Shown here: in pieces, positions 31,198 to 44,600 of the stretch
Layout of the letters: each line of letters starts with the position of its first letter
Position numbering within the stretch: the stretch's first letter is position 1
Source of the DNA: Octopus bimaculoides
Lineage: Eukaryota
Reading direction: 5' to 3'
Assembly (NCBI RefSeq): GCF_001194135.2
Contig: NC_069002.1
Span: 37,120,646 to 37,184,645 of the forward strand
DNA: 64,000 nucleotides
Translations under genes and position numbers: made by a program
The notes under the pieces: generated by a model
Seen by the model: the letters and a program-made list of their open reading frames with translations, nothing else
Databases searched by the model: none
Told to the model about the DNA's origin: nothing

Positions 31198-33347
31198 CAG
31201 ATATGCATACACACATTCATCCAAACATATATATACTACAACATACGCCCACATAATCTAATTGCTTTGATCTCATTGCACATATGTGTGCATGCATATA
31301 CACACATCTGCGTGTGTGCATATATATATATACACACGTATAATGTGTATGGTTTTAGCCGGTTAGTTGATGGTGTGTGTGTATATATCTATATATGTAT
31401 ATGCACAGATGTGCATGTATATGTATGTTTGTGTGTGTATATGTATACTATAATATATTACTTCCGTAATTATCAAGGGAAGATGAATATCAGCTGTCAG
31501 TTTGGCGTGTAAATAAGAAAAGATTGAATATTGAACTTTAAGAAACAGTCTGGAAGTGTTGTCTCTTTCTAGGCCAAAATTGATGAATGGGAAAAGGCCA
31601 GCTGTAAGAGAGAGAAGGAGGGAATGGAAGGTGGACCTGAAATGATGATAATGGTTTGATTGGAACATTTCTTTACAGCCTGAAAGATAAGGAAGATGTC
31701 AGAGCACTGACTGAGCAATGGTCTTTGAATCTCATTTGTTTCTTTATTTTAGGGGTTAGGGTACTTTTATATTTTTACAAGAGAATGCTTAGGGTTCCAT
31801 TGTTTTACTAGGATTCATATCTGTGAGTGTATGTACATATACATATACATACATACACATACATCTGTGTGTGTGTATAATTACACATGTATGTTGTTTC
31901 TTTTGCATTTCAAACATTACAAGTGAAATTGTTGTGATGATGCCATCTTGTGATACCAGTTTACCTCTTGTCGACTTGGCTGTTTCTTCATTCTGTCAAC
32001 CACAACAGAGATAGCTGCTAAATATGTTTACTGCTTATCATCACATCTATTCTTTCTGACGATTCTAAGTTCACAATGAAACTTTACAAAAGACATTAAC
32101 GCTTACATGCTCGTCAAAACTTGTGTGCACCAATGTCCCAGTCAAACTCATTGGAAAAACTACCAAAGGGTACTGGAACTTCAGTGAAATTGCCTGGAGC
32201 TAAAATATTGAGAGTTCAAGTGTTAGTTTGAAGCTGTAAGATCTCAGCTAGATTTGGTTGAATCTAGTATTGAGATCTCCAAGTGCACAAGAGTAATTAA
32301 GATTATGAGCACTAATGAAAAAACAAGGAGTAGATGATTATTTGAAGAATAGGGCTTTGTTTTTCATTTGAAGGGGTGATTAAATCACATGACTGGTATC
32401 TTCAATTTATTGAAGGATAAAATATTTATTTTACACAATAACAAGGCTAATAAAGTCTTTATTAGTTTATTAATAATGAAATTCCTTTCATCCACTGGCA
32501 ATTAGCTGTATTGACTCCCTGTCGTGGAGAGAGGTGTCCGTGGGGCCATTCTGGCCTTTCCCAAATGCATCATTGACAGTTGTTACTAGGCATTGAATTC
32601 CAGGAGTAAAACTAACTTTTGCTCACCACTTCCACTTCAGTACTTGCCTCCTCTTGTGGTGTATTCACCTGATTATAGCCCATCCTCATCCGAAAGTAAT
32701 GATGGGCAAAGTTACTCCCAGTGAAATTTGAAGACCACCACAATCAGAGAGTTAAAAACATGGCTCTAATCTCCATGCTGGACTCTGTTGTGATTCTATC
32801 TTCATTAAGAAACAGTTAATGAGCTTTTTAACAATGGAATACATAATCATTTAAGTTGGTAAAACCAAAACTGTCCTGTGATGTAAGATTAATAATTTAT
32901 TTCTGACAAGGTGTTATTTTAATAGAGAACAAAACCCCTTACCGTAAACCCCCCACCCATTGTTATGTCTTCTGTTACCATAGTCATCTATATTATTGTG
33001 TGGTTAGGGATATACGCCACCCCCCTCCATCAAATGTCACCTCTTGAATGAATACTTAATGGCTGACTGGTAATAGTTCTCAGTGGTGTGAAGGGCAGGG
33101 GTTTTTCGCACTCCCTTTAAACCTGCTGTCAGCATTGGTGTTAAGAGTTACGGTATAGCTGCAAAACGCCTGGTCTGTGGCACCATTTGCTTCAATCATC
33201 TGTTTCTGACATCTCCGTCATGGGTGGATCTGTTCTGTGACGAAGTTCTCCGGTTTTCCCCAACCCCCCGAAAAAAAATTTTTTTTCACTCACCACCCTT
33301 TCCTTGCATCTCTTTTGTATTTGGTCAACGATTACAAAAAAAATTTA

Positions 33348-33353
33348 AATAAA
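33348..33353 (+). terminator. Candidate KAT7 polyadenylation signal
   Basis: AATAAA at the end of a ~1.8-kb repeat-poor stretch, just before a microsatellite and gap. Confidence 0.3.
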
Positions 33354-36300
33354 AGCACATACACACATATTTATATATATATATATATATATNNNNNNNN
33401 NNNNNNNNNNNNNNNNNNNNNNNNNNNNNNNNNNNNNNNNNNNNNNNNNNNNNNNNNNNNNNNNNNNNNNNNNNNNNNNNNNNNNNNNNNNNNNNNNNNN
33501 NNNNNNNNNNNNNNNNNNNNNNNNNNNNNNNNNNNNNNNNNNNNNNNNNNNNNNNNNNNNNNNNNNNNNNNNNNNNNNNNNNNNNNNNNNNNNNNNNNNN
33601 NNNNNNNNNNNNNNNNNNNNNNNNNNNNNNNNNNNNNNNNNNNNNNNNNNNNNNNNNNNNNNNNNNNNNNNNNNNNNNNNNNNNNNNNNNNNNNNNNNNN
33701 NNNNNNNNNNNNNNNNNNNNNNNNNNNNNNNNNNNNNNNNNNNNNNNNNNNNNNNNNNNNNNNNNNNNNNNNNNNNNNNNNNNNNCAGAAAAATTTAACT
33801 ATTAAATTTTTATTCTACTTTTTAATCATTTATTATTGGTTGTTGTTGTTGTTCTTACCTTTCCAAACAGCACTGCGTGGGGCTGCACCAGTCAGTCAAA
33901 TGCTGAAGGAGAATCTTACTAACCATTCATTTGAAAGGAAGTGAGGAAGAACGTTCTAATTAAAGTGGGGGGGGGGGGCCTAATCCCTGCTGTCATTCAT
34001 TTCTCTTCTATAACAGCAATCACCAACCATTTTTCTACACCATGGACCAGTTTCATTGTTCTAGAGACCAGGGTGGGGATCACATAACAAAACACAAAGT
34101 GCATAATGTATTGTTTCATGTGGTTTTGTTTGTTGTTGGTGGTTGCAACAGTGAGAGCCTCACAATATAGAAACGTTTCTCACGGCCCCAGCAGACAAAA
34201 TGGAAAAGGCATTGCCCTGGCGGATGGAAAGGGAGAGAGATGTGCTGGAACAGCCATCTCTCCCCTGATAGCAGTGAACAGGGATATATATTCCTGAGGC
34301 CAAGAACACTGGAGGTCTCCACTGCCACAGGCTTAACCAGAAACCTGTCTGAGAGGGACCGATGCCTTGGCAGTTTGCTTCTCTCAACCCAACGAGAAAC
34401 GGAGTCTGGGCTGGTAGCTGACAGCACCAGGTTGAGAAGATGTCACGGCGTGTGGCATCCCAGATGAGGGCCTACCAACCAATATGGAATGGGGAAAATT
34501 GTCATTTAATTTACTTATTACAGATATAAATGCAGAAACACCCAGCAGACTGCAATAGTCAATGAGATAGGATTTTAAAATGTTCTTTCTGTATGACCCA
34601 GTACCAAAAAATCTCTGCCAGGAGGTTGGAGAATTAAACAGAAACAACATAGATTTGAGAGGACATTTGATCTTGCTTAAGGCCTGACGATCTGTCTGGT
34701 GCTGATGCTGTGTTAAAATGCATCCAGTACTTTCTGCAATGGGATTAGAAACTGGTCAGTAAGTACAGACAAGGATGACCTGTCCAGTCCATACAAACAT
34801 GGAAAATATAATTGAAGTGTATTGGACAAAATACCCTGGACCTGCTAGAAATAGCAGCCAATTTTCTTTAAACCACACCATTGTCTTTTAAGAAAGGACG
34901 CATGAGATACTGTAATCCTTAATATTCAGAAAGACAGGATGGTCACTCTCTTTTACTAGAAGTCAGTTTGATCTGCTAGAAATAACAACCAAAATTCTCT
35001 CAAATCCTAGCCTGTCATTAAAAAGAAAATGAAGGACACAGAATAATGTTCTGAAGTTACTATGCCTTAAAGAAAGCTGGAAGGTCGTTTACACGGTTAC
35101 CTCCCTTCAGCTATATTTCATTAAAATGATTTTTTTTTTTTTCAATTATCTTAGATGTTTTCATAACCGTACGCATCTATTTATTATCGCCCCTTAGACA
35201 ATATATTCTTAAATTCGTTTTGTATTTTATTGATAGCTTTAACATACATGCACGTATTTTATAAGTGACGAGATTATCATCATAACTTACAATCAAGAAC
35301 GTTTAAAATAAGATACAGTATTTGTCACATAAAACATTGTGCATTATCCTGGAATATATATATATACATATAAACATATACTTATATATATATATATATA
35401 CCTACACATAGACACATGTATACACACGCATACATACAAACATCTATACATGCATATATACATACATATGTAGATATATATGTATATACATACACATTCG
35501 TTTGTTTTGGTCTTTTGACTACAGCCATGCTGGAGCACCACCATTAGTCAAGCAAATCAACCCCAGGCCTTAATCTTTGTAAACCTAGTACTTATTATAT
35601 CGTTTCCTTTTGCCAAACCACTAAGTTACGGGGACGCTAACACACCAGCATCGGTTGTCAAGCGATTTTGGGGGCACAAACATATACAACGGGCTTCTTT
35701 CAGTTGCCGTTTACCAAATCCACTCGCAAGGCTTTGGTCAGCCCAAGGCTATAGAAGACACTTGCCCAAGGTGCCACACATATATATAAATACATATGTA
35801 TACTTACATATACATACACGCATTCTTTCTTTGTTTCAGCCATCCGACTGTGGCCATGCTGTATCAGCACCTTTAGTTAAATTGACCCCAAGACTTATTC
35901 CTTGTAAGCTTAGTACTTATTCTATCGGTCACTTTTGCCGAACCACTAAGTTATGGGGACGTAAACACATCATCGGTTGTCAAGCGATGGTAGACACATA
36001 CATGACAGGTTTCTTTCAGCTTCTGTCTACCAAACTCACTCACAAAGCTCAAGGTTGGCCCAAGGCTTTAGTAGAAGACACGTGCCCAAGGTGCCATGAA
36101 GTGGGACTAAATGTGGACCCATGTGGTTGGTAAGCAAGCTACTGTGCCTATAATATATATACACACACATATATACATACATATACAGACATTCAACTCA
36201 AGATTTCACTTTGGCATGACAATGTTAATAACCTGAAATTAGTCAGGCAGCCTTTGGAATAAAGCATTAGGAAAGTACAGAGCATACGAAATTAAAGAAA

Positions 36301-39300
36301 CTACATCTAATCCTCGGTTCTTTCTGCTACAAAATCCAGTGATCCGAGTTGTGTGCTTGTGCATCACCTCATAGCTTTCTCGGAGCTTCTAAAACGTAGA
36401 GCACTTCATCTTGGAGGTCGTAACAGCAATTAGCTAATGTAGTTGATTCTGTAATTCACAATCCCTTATTTCTTTCTGTGTGTGTGAACAAAAGTTTTTG
36501 GAGGTTGTTTAGCCATTAGATTAAAAGCCAGAAACACTGCATTTCAACCACAACAGATCCCCACATTTTCAGGTGGCCATCTTGGACGATATTTATCCAA
36601 TACGTCCCCCCATTGTACAAAACAGTCGGATGTGATTTCAGAGTAATTTGACAGTTATTACTTCTAGACAAAACAAGGCCTTATCAATGCCCCTTCGTTA
36701 ACTGAGCTGTTCACACTGAATATCATCATTACGTTCATTATCACAGATTTTATTTTGATATTTTATTAATATTTTGTTTTGTTATTTGGCCCTTAATTTT
36801 AAACTTTGTCATTATTCTGAGTCACTGGTTCAAGATGCTGTTATGTGGACTAATTAATAGACAAATCTCACCATTGTTAATTAAATAGATGGTATTTATC
36901 TGCTCCTAATAATAAAACAAGGTTTCAAAGAAATACAATAATAAAAAAACAGAAAAGCAAAACTTAATGGCTCGAGAATACTATTTTTTTATTATTTTGG
37001 GACCAAAAGCATTTGATTACAACAGATATATTTATGGTTCTCCTACATAATAATAATAATAATAATAAAAAAGAACAAAACTTTAAAATAAAACAAAACT
37101 ACATTTTGTTTCAATTGTTCATGTAATTGTTCAAATAAAATCAAATTGATGTTTTCAAATGTGAACCATAAGACTTCCTATGATGATGGGAATGTAATGG
37201 GGAACGAAGAGATGGAGGGGGGGAAAAGAGCCCCCAGCGGGACATACTTCCAAGGATCAGCAGACAGCGTTGTTTGGTGTCAAGAGATGACACGATATTA
37301 GGGTACAGATTCCATTTCTTCTCTTGTTTTAGCCTTAAAGACATGCAAACAAATACACACACAGCTCAACCATTTGTTTATGAAAACAATCTGGCAATTT
37401 GCACTGAAGAGAGTCTATGTGTTGCCATTTATGAGAGAGAGAGAGCAATAAACTCAGCTAAAATTTATGGGGGGGGGGGATGGTGGTGGTAGTGGTGGAA
37501 GTCAATAGCCAGATACAAAAACATATAAACGTGGTGAGATGAAAGAGAACAAAAATCGAACAGAAGAACATGGGGGGGGGGNNNNNNNNNNAAAAAAAAC
37601 AACAACAAAACAAAGCAGCCCTATATTTCTTAACACATAGATATCTTTATATATAATGTGAATGCATTCAATAGTAGAATGCAATCATTTGTAATGGCTT
37701 GAAATATTTACACCAATTTATCAGTAATTAGAGCCAGTTGCAACATCTGGTCCAAAGATCACTCCACCACCACCACCACCAAAAATAAAAAGTTGGTTAA
37801 ATGCAAACACAACTATTTAAAAGTCATCATTTAACTGCAGTATTCACATGCATGCATGTATATATACACACATGCACATATACTATTTCATTAAAATGCA
37901 ACAGTTGGGATTTAATGCAAACAATGATTTGAAAGAGAAAAATGCAAGAATGTTTTCTCTTCCAGAAATTGAACTCTGCCAGTCAGCTTCACAGGGCAAG
38001 AGAATTAGCAACCACACTATTTGTACTGTTTGCTAATCAAATCTGAGTAGGTGTGTATTTGTATGAAACGGGGGGGGCACTAATACAAGAAGGATTAAGT
38101 ATGTTTTAGCCAGGAACTTTTCAATTTTGTTTAAGTCTTGAGGATCCATCTGGAAAAATGTTCTTCAGAGGCAAAAAAGAACCTCCCTTCCCCCCTCCCA
38201 CAAGAAAAAAAAGGATATAACTATGAATACAAAATTATCAACTCAAAAAAATGAAGCCAACAATATTATTGAAAAGGTCAGATGAGGAGTTGAGTTGATG
38301 AGAAGTGATTGAGAAAGTCGGAATCAATGTTTCTATATGCAAATGACAGAAGAAAATATATCAGTTTCTGTGATCTTATGGGAGTAAAAATGACATTAAT
38401 TTAGAGTTGATGAAGATGAGTTTCAGATTTAAAGCTACAAGGTTTTCTGGAATTACTGCAAAGCTAGTTTTAACTATTATTCCTTCTAAACACCAGGAAC
38501 TGAACTAGTTGGCCCACTGCCACACAACATTGCCCACTAGAATCCATGTCAAAGCAGCTTCAAAGAGTCCTTATTGTTAAACTATAAACCTTATTTCAAG
38601 TAAAATCTTTGAAATGGAATAGATCCACCTTGTTGTTGAAGAAAGAAAAGGGAAAGAAAAAAAACTCAGGTTGTAATAAACAAAACAAAGCAACAAGCAT
38701 AAATAAAGGAACTCTAGACACAAGATAATTATAATCCAAACACTTTAAATCTCATCTCCATATCTCATTATAACTAAAAATAGAAAAAAATATATATTTT
38801 ATATATAATTTCATTTATATAGAATTAAATTGTTTAAAATATTCCATAACCATAAAACACAAACAGAGCTAAGAAAATAAAAACAATTACAACTTTATGG
38901 TGATGGTATGACTAAGAGATGTTCTCCATTACTCCTCTAGTTCATTAAAGATTCGTCTTTAAAGAAATAATCTCTCTCTCTCTATATTAATTTCTAACAA
39001 GAACTTTTAGAAAGGTTCTTTAGAAACCAAATTTCATTATTACTAATTAAAAGAATTAGCATCGACCTTTTGAAGCCATTGACATCCCAATCAAAGCTAA
39101 AGCTAGACATATTGTCTTATCGAATAAAAAAAAAATAAATAAGAAAATCATTTAAATAATTAGATGAAATTAAGTAAAGAGATAAAACTATGAAGCAAGA
39201 GCATTTTAAATAAGCAGCATGAAGAAACTAAAATGTGAATTTAAAAATTATTGGAATTGTTGGCCATTAAAATCTAAGTGGAAGATGTTAAAATCATCCA

Positions 39301-41386
39301 AGCAGAATAATATACAAAAGTAACGACAGAAGGGGATTAACTCCTCCCCTTACACTCCCACCCAATATTATATAAAACAGAATGTTATGATGAGTATAAA
39401 ACATTTCAAAGTACAGGCACCATACATTGGTCTGAGATTATGACAAATTGAGGATTATTTTGGGGAGTGTCAAATGGCCACAGAAAAAAAAAAAAAAGTT
39501 CATAATATGAAAGAGGTTTCCTTACTAGAATAGAAGACTAAAATAGCACAGTCTAATTATTTATAATGATAACTAATTTAAGATAAACTAATCTGGAGGG
39601 AAAAAAGTCTTGTAACAATGTTTTAGAGACTGAAAATTATACTAATTAACTAAATAACAAAATGCAAAAACTATAGACTCAAAGACAAGTCATGAAGCAT
39701 TGAGTCACCAGATATTACAAAATGGCCTACAGAAGGGTCCATACATGCTGGCCTGCATATTAAACTCACAAGATACATAACAGAAGGGTCTGTACAATTT
39801 GGCTCAGATCCAAAGTGAAATTAACAGTAAAAATATTTGTTCCATATTGAAATATACCAATGCAATTTTTGGTTTTTAATATATTCTTCTAAAATTACAA
39901 AATATTTAACATATTTGTTCATGAGATGGAAATATGAGAAAAGGATCCCAGCAGCACCTAGTGATTAGGTTTTGATACAAAGACTTTACATTATTCTTTT
40001 CAAAGTCAAACAGTGCCACCGAGGAATTTTTGCTGGAATTTGCTAGATCTGGTTGATGTTAGCTGCTAGGACCAAGCTTTACAAGTGCTTATCAATATAG
40101 ATATGATGAACAAGTGAATGCAAAGAACAAATTAAAAATAAAAATTCGAAAAATAAACGAAAACAAAAAACTATACAAATGACAGGTGGTTGATTGGAAA
40201 GGTTTAATATTAAAAACATAAAAATGTTAACACCAAAACCACCACACATGGATGAGATGATAATCTGATTAAGAAGTTTAAAACTATTGTTTCTCTTAAG
40301 TTCTCCACCCAATATCCCTGGAGATGAAATGGGATAGAGTAAATGAGTTTGGCAAATAGAAAGAAGGAACAGAGATATTCAGACTTGTGTCTGTAACGAG
40401 AGTCTCTGACAAGATGTTAGTGTCAATTATAAAACTGAAACAATCAATCATTGAAAGGAAAAAGGAAAGTTGTACAAATAATGCTAACTTTATATCTATA
40501 TGTTCCATTAACAGTGTAGTAGTGGTGATTGTTGTTGCTGCTTGCAGTGTGTTGTAGTAGTAGCAGCACAGAGTTCCATGAACTACTCCATTGGCATAAA
40601 AATATCGGGCCCAATCTCCTACTGCTGCTGCTGCTGCAATAAGAATGGCAAAAGACCACACAAGAAAGATTGGTCTGTGGATGTGAAGATGAGTTGTGGC
40701 AGGAACAATAATGAAGCCAGTTCCACACAACAGCAAAATAGCCATTGGTTTTTATCAGAATGAGAGACGAATCTGAAAAATGAATGGAGGGGAAAAAAAC
40801 AGTAAAACCAAAAAAAAAAAAAAAAAAAATAATAATAATAAGAAAATAAACAAAATAAAATTTTCAAAAATGGAACAAAGAACAAATTAATTACCCGTCA
40901 GGTAACTTCTGTTGTAGGCTACTATTAAGGTGAAATTTCACTTTTTAAATAAATTAAAACTGATGCCCATCGAAGTAAGCTAATTTACTGAGAATTGAGC
41001 AATTATTAACTATGATACTCAACGTAGTTTAACTGAAATGTTTAATACACAAAGAAAAGCTATTTATCAAAGTCATCACTATTGTCCTCGTGTGCTACAA
41101 TTTTGAAAACCACTTTTGATAGAAATATCAAAACAACCGTATAAAAAACTTTACAATGTTAATTTAACAAAATACTATTAAAATTTATTCGTTTTGTCTG
41201 CAAATAAATTTCTAAAGAAAAGAATTTTTTTTTTTTAAAAAAAGCAAAAGGTAATTATATCAACTAGTAATTATTTTATTGACCCCAGAAGAATGAAAGG
41301 TAAATGAAGTGAACCTTGACAGGTTTTGAATGCAAACGAGGCACAGGTAAATACTGCAAAGACTTAAGTCCGATATCCATCGTCTT

Positions 41387-41424
<38 letters not shown>

Positions 41425-41466
41425 AAAAACAACAAACAATAAGTGTGAAGATTACCTATGTGAAGT

Positions 41467-41667
41467 TTATTTAAAAGCCAAGACTGCTTTTAATGAGAGA
41501 TGGTCTGATGGAAAGATTCTGTTTGGAATGAATTTGCAGTCAAGCACATTCTGTTTACTGGGAACTTGCAAGACACCGACAGCCTCTAAGCTGGTGGAAC
41601 TGTAGAAAACATAATCCAAACATTCCCGGGTGTGCAAAGTCATGGTGGTCAAGGCTGGTTCATTACT
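41467..41667 (-). CDS. EEP gene last coding exon (LDY and PSDH motifs)
   Basis: tttgaag|[23 protein letters not shown]...[19 protein letters not shown], stop TAA at 41467-41469; an alternative in-frame acceptor lies at 41727. Confidence 0.9.
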   Translation of the reverse strand, partial: SNEPALTTMTLHTRECLDYVFYSSTSLEAVGVLQVPSKQNVLDCKFIPNRIFPSDHLSLKAVLAFK

Positions 41668-44600
41668 CTTCAAAGAAATTGAAATAGTTAAAATATCAGT
41701 GAAATAATCACATTCCATTTTGGTTTCCTACAAAACTCTCACAACAAATTAACATTCATAATAACAAGCAGCTCAAAAAAATATTGATCTTTTAATAGTT
41801 TAACTGCAGGGGTGACGACCTATTCAAGAACAAAAAGAGAAATAAAATCCATTTAGGAAGATTTTCCTACCAAATAAACTGGATAATATTGCTTCCAAGT
41901 AATTTTCACAAAAATAACTTGTTCGTGATAAAATTGTTTGGAACAAATTGGTTTTCTAACACAACTATAGCTTTTATACTTATATACTAACACCACCAGT
42001 AGAGAAAAACAAATGTTAAACAATGATGATGGTGAGGAGTACCCATAGAGATGCCAGGGTAATTTTGAAAGCTAAGTTTATACAGAACCATGAAAAATAG
42101 AATTTCTTTAGAAATCAAGTTTTTTTTATTTCTTATGTTAAGTCATGGGTTGTACCAATGGCGCAATCAAAGGAGAAAATATCTTTGAAAACTGTATCCT
42201 TTATTAGCTCAGAAGTGATTTTTATGTTTAAAGCAACAAGGGAATGCACTTCAGTAATCTACATACAAGAAGAAACTGTTTTGCCTCTTGTTACCTTTTT
42301 CCCATTATAATGGTGCCATTAAAATTATTGAAAACATTATGTGTTCAGCAAGCTGCTTGAAATAATCTCAACTATGGAACAAAATCAAAGACATAAATCT
42401 GTTTATAATATTATTCTGCTAGGAATAGTAATTTGTTGGTAACGTTTTATTCATCATTGTTTTAATGTCTACTTTTCCATGCTTGCATGGGCTGGACAGA
42501 GTTTAAGGAGGTAGATTTTCTATGGCCTAATGACCTTCCTGTCACCAATCCACACTTGTTTCTAAACAAGTAATATTTCCCTATGGCCAGACATATTTTC
42601 ACAGAATATTCAAAATAAAGACCACTCTCTCGAACATGGGTTGCGTGGATCTCCTTGACAGCATTGCACAAGTACAACACGAGATCTTGTCGTTGGTATA
42701 TGTACATCTTTTACCATACACTGACCATGACTGTTGTCAACAGCTGGATTTGGTATAAACATCATGCCAGGTTGTTGGGTTTACAACCAATGAAACACAC
42801 CGTTTTCCAAGGGATGATTGCTGAAGCACCATGCCCTATGACACCACGCTCGGCAAAAATCATCTGTAGGAAAGCCCCAGTGGCTGACATCCGCCTGAGT
42901 ACACACCTGATTGACAGTGCTGCGAATACAAGGACTGTCAAGCACGCAGTCAAGTGAAGTGATGCAACATGTGGCTATGCTTGAACAAAGAAACTCTTTC
43001 ATGCAATTCCATGTTTGCAAGTGACATTCAGCAAATCAACTCAGTTTGACTGACATTGTAGTAAATATGTTTTGTTGTTTAATTAATAGTGCTAGATAAA
43101 ATTTGTACTCTTTGAAATGTTTAGTGAGATGCAAAGACCTATGTGCCAAATTTGGACCATTCGGTGACAATTCCTTAACAGTCAATTGTGCCAAATTTGG
43201 ACCATACCATATGATTTTGATTTTTGTATCCATTTGAATATCAAATTTACATGGAAAATAATTGTGTTGTTGGATGTAATGAGCACGTTCTAGAGGGTTA
43301 AATAAAAGGTAAAATTCAAACAGTTTCAGGTAGTTTGGTAACCAAATTACAGGTTGTTAGGTAACATGAGTTAATTAGATGAAATTATGACAAAATGTTT
43401 TAACTTTAGCATACTTCAAAATACTATGTTCTATATAACAGAAACAATTTTAGTAGGGATTAACATAACTTTTATTGATAATGTGTGTATCAATGAAGTC
43501 TCTTGACACTAAAAGTCAAAAATATTTATCAGGCAAACAATACAATTTACTAAGATTTCAGCTACAATGCCATTGATGACAAATAAGTGAAATTCATATA
43601 ATAAAGCAAACATTATAATGCTTACTATGAAGTAGAAACTAGATTTATGTTTTAGTAACAGGTTATCCAACTATTTTCTCTCTAAACCCCACCACCACCC
43701 ACAAAAATGGAAGAAAAGAGAAATGCAGAAACAATAGTTCTTACCTGTACAACAGCATAGGCACTCTTAAGACTGGATGAAGTGTGCTGGAATCCTTCCC
43801 AAAGATGATCTACAAGTGCCGATTTCTGTAAAATATTCAGCAATTTAAGAAATTCATTCTGTTTCTTCAAACTTTACATTGACTACTACAAATCAGTAAA
43901 ATATCTACCAAACATCTTCCACAAACAAACTAATTTTTCCTAATTACTATATTAGAACTACATCTTTTTTATTTAAATACAAAACTTTATGTACACTTGT
44001 ATTTTATTGAACAAACTCCAAAATGGGGGGGGGGAGAAAGTGAAGGAGAGAGAGAGAGAGAGAAGGGGGAAGATAGAGAGAAAGATTTATCTCATCATTT
44101 TTTATTTTTGGGGTTTAGTCATTGGACTGTGGCCATGTTGGGGATGGCCTTAAAGGGTTGAGTCAACCAAATAGACTCCAGCATTTATTTTTGAAGCCCA
44201 CTACCTATGTCAGTCTGTTTTTGCTAAACTGATAAGTTATGGGGACTTAAATGAATAAACACCAGTTGCCAAACAGTAGTAGAGGATAGACACAAACTCA
44301 ATGCAATGGGACTGACCCTGAAACCATGTGGTTGGGAAGCAAACTTCATACCACCAAAATCCAGCACTTCACTATATCTGGCAAAGACATTTAGGGCTCA
44401 ATTATCCAGTCTATCTACTTAAGGAAAGTTAGAGCCTTCTTAAAACAGCAAGAGAAAGAAAAAGATTGAAAACACTCTTGCAAATACTAGTGTTTCAACT
44501 TATGAGTTCAAATTTTTTTAGTATGAATAAAACCTGCTATAGGGTGCCCCCCCCCCATCGAGCGGGGAGGTGTCAGTTAACCACCTGCTACAGGCTGGCC

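Noticed and set aside
40296-40885. Cluster of 73-149-aa ORFs
   Set aside because: Produced by trinucleotide runs in the probable 3' UTR; no domain signal.
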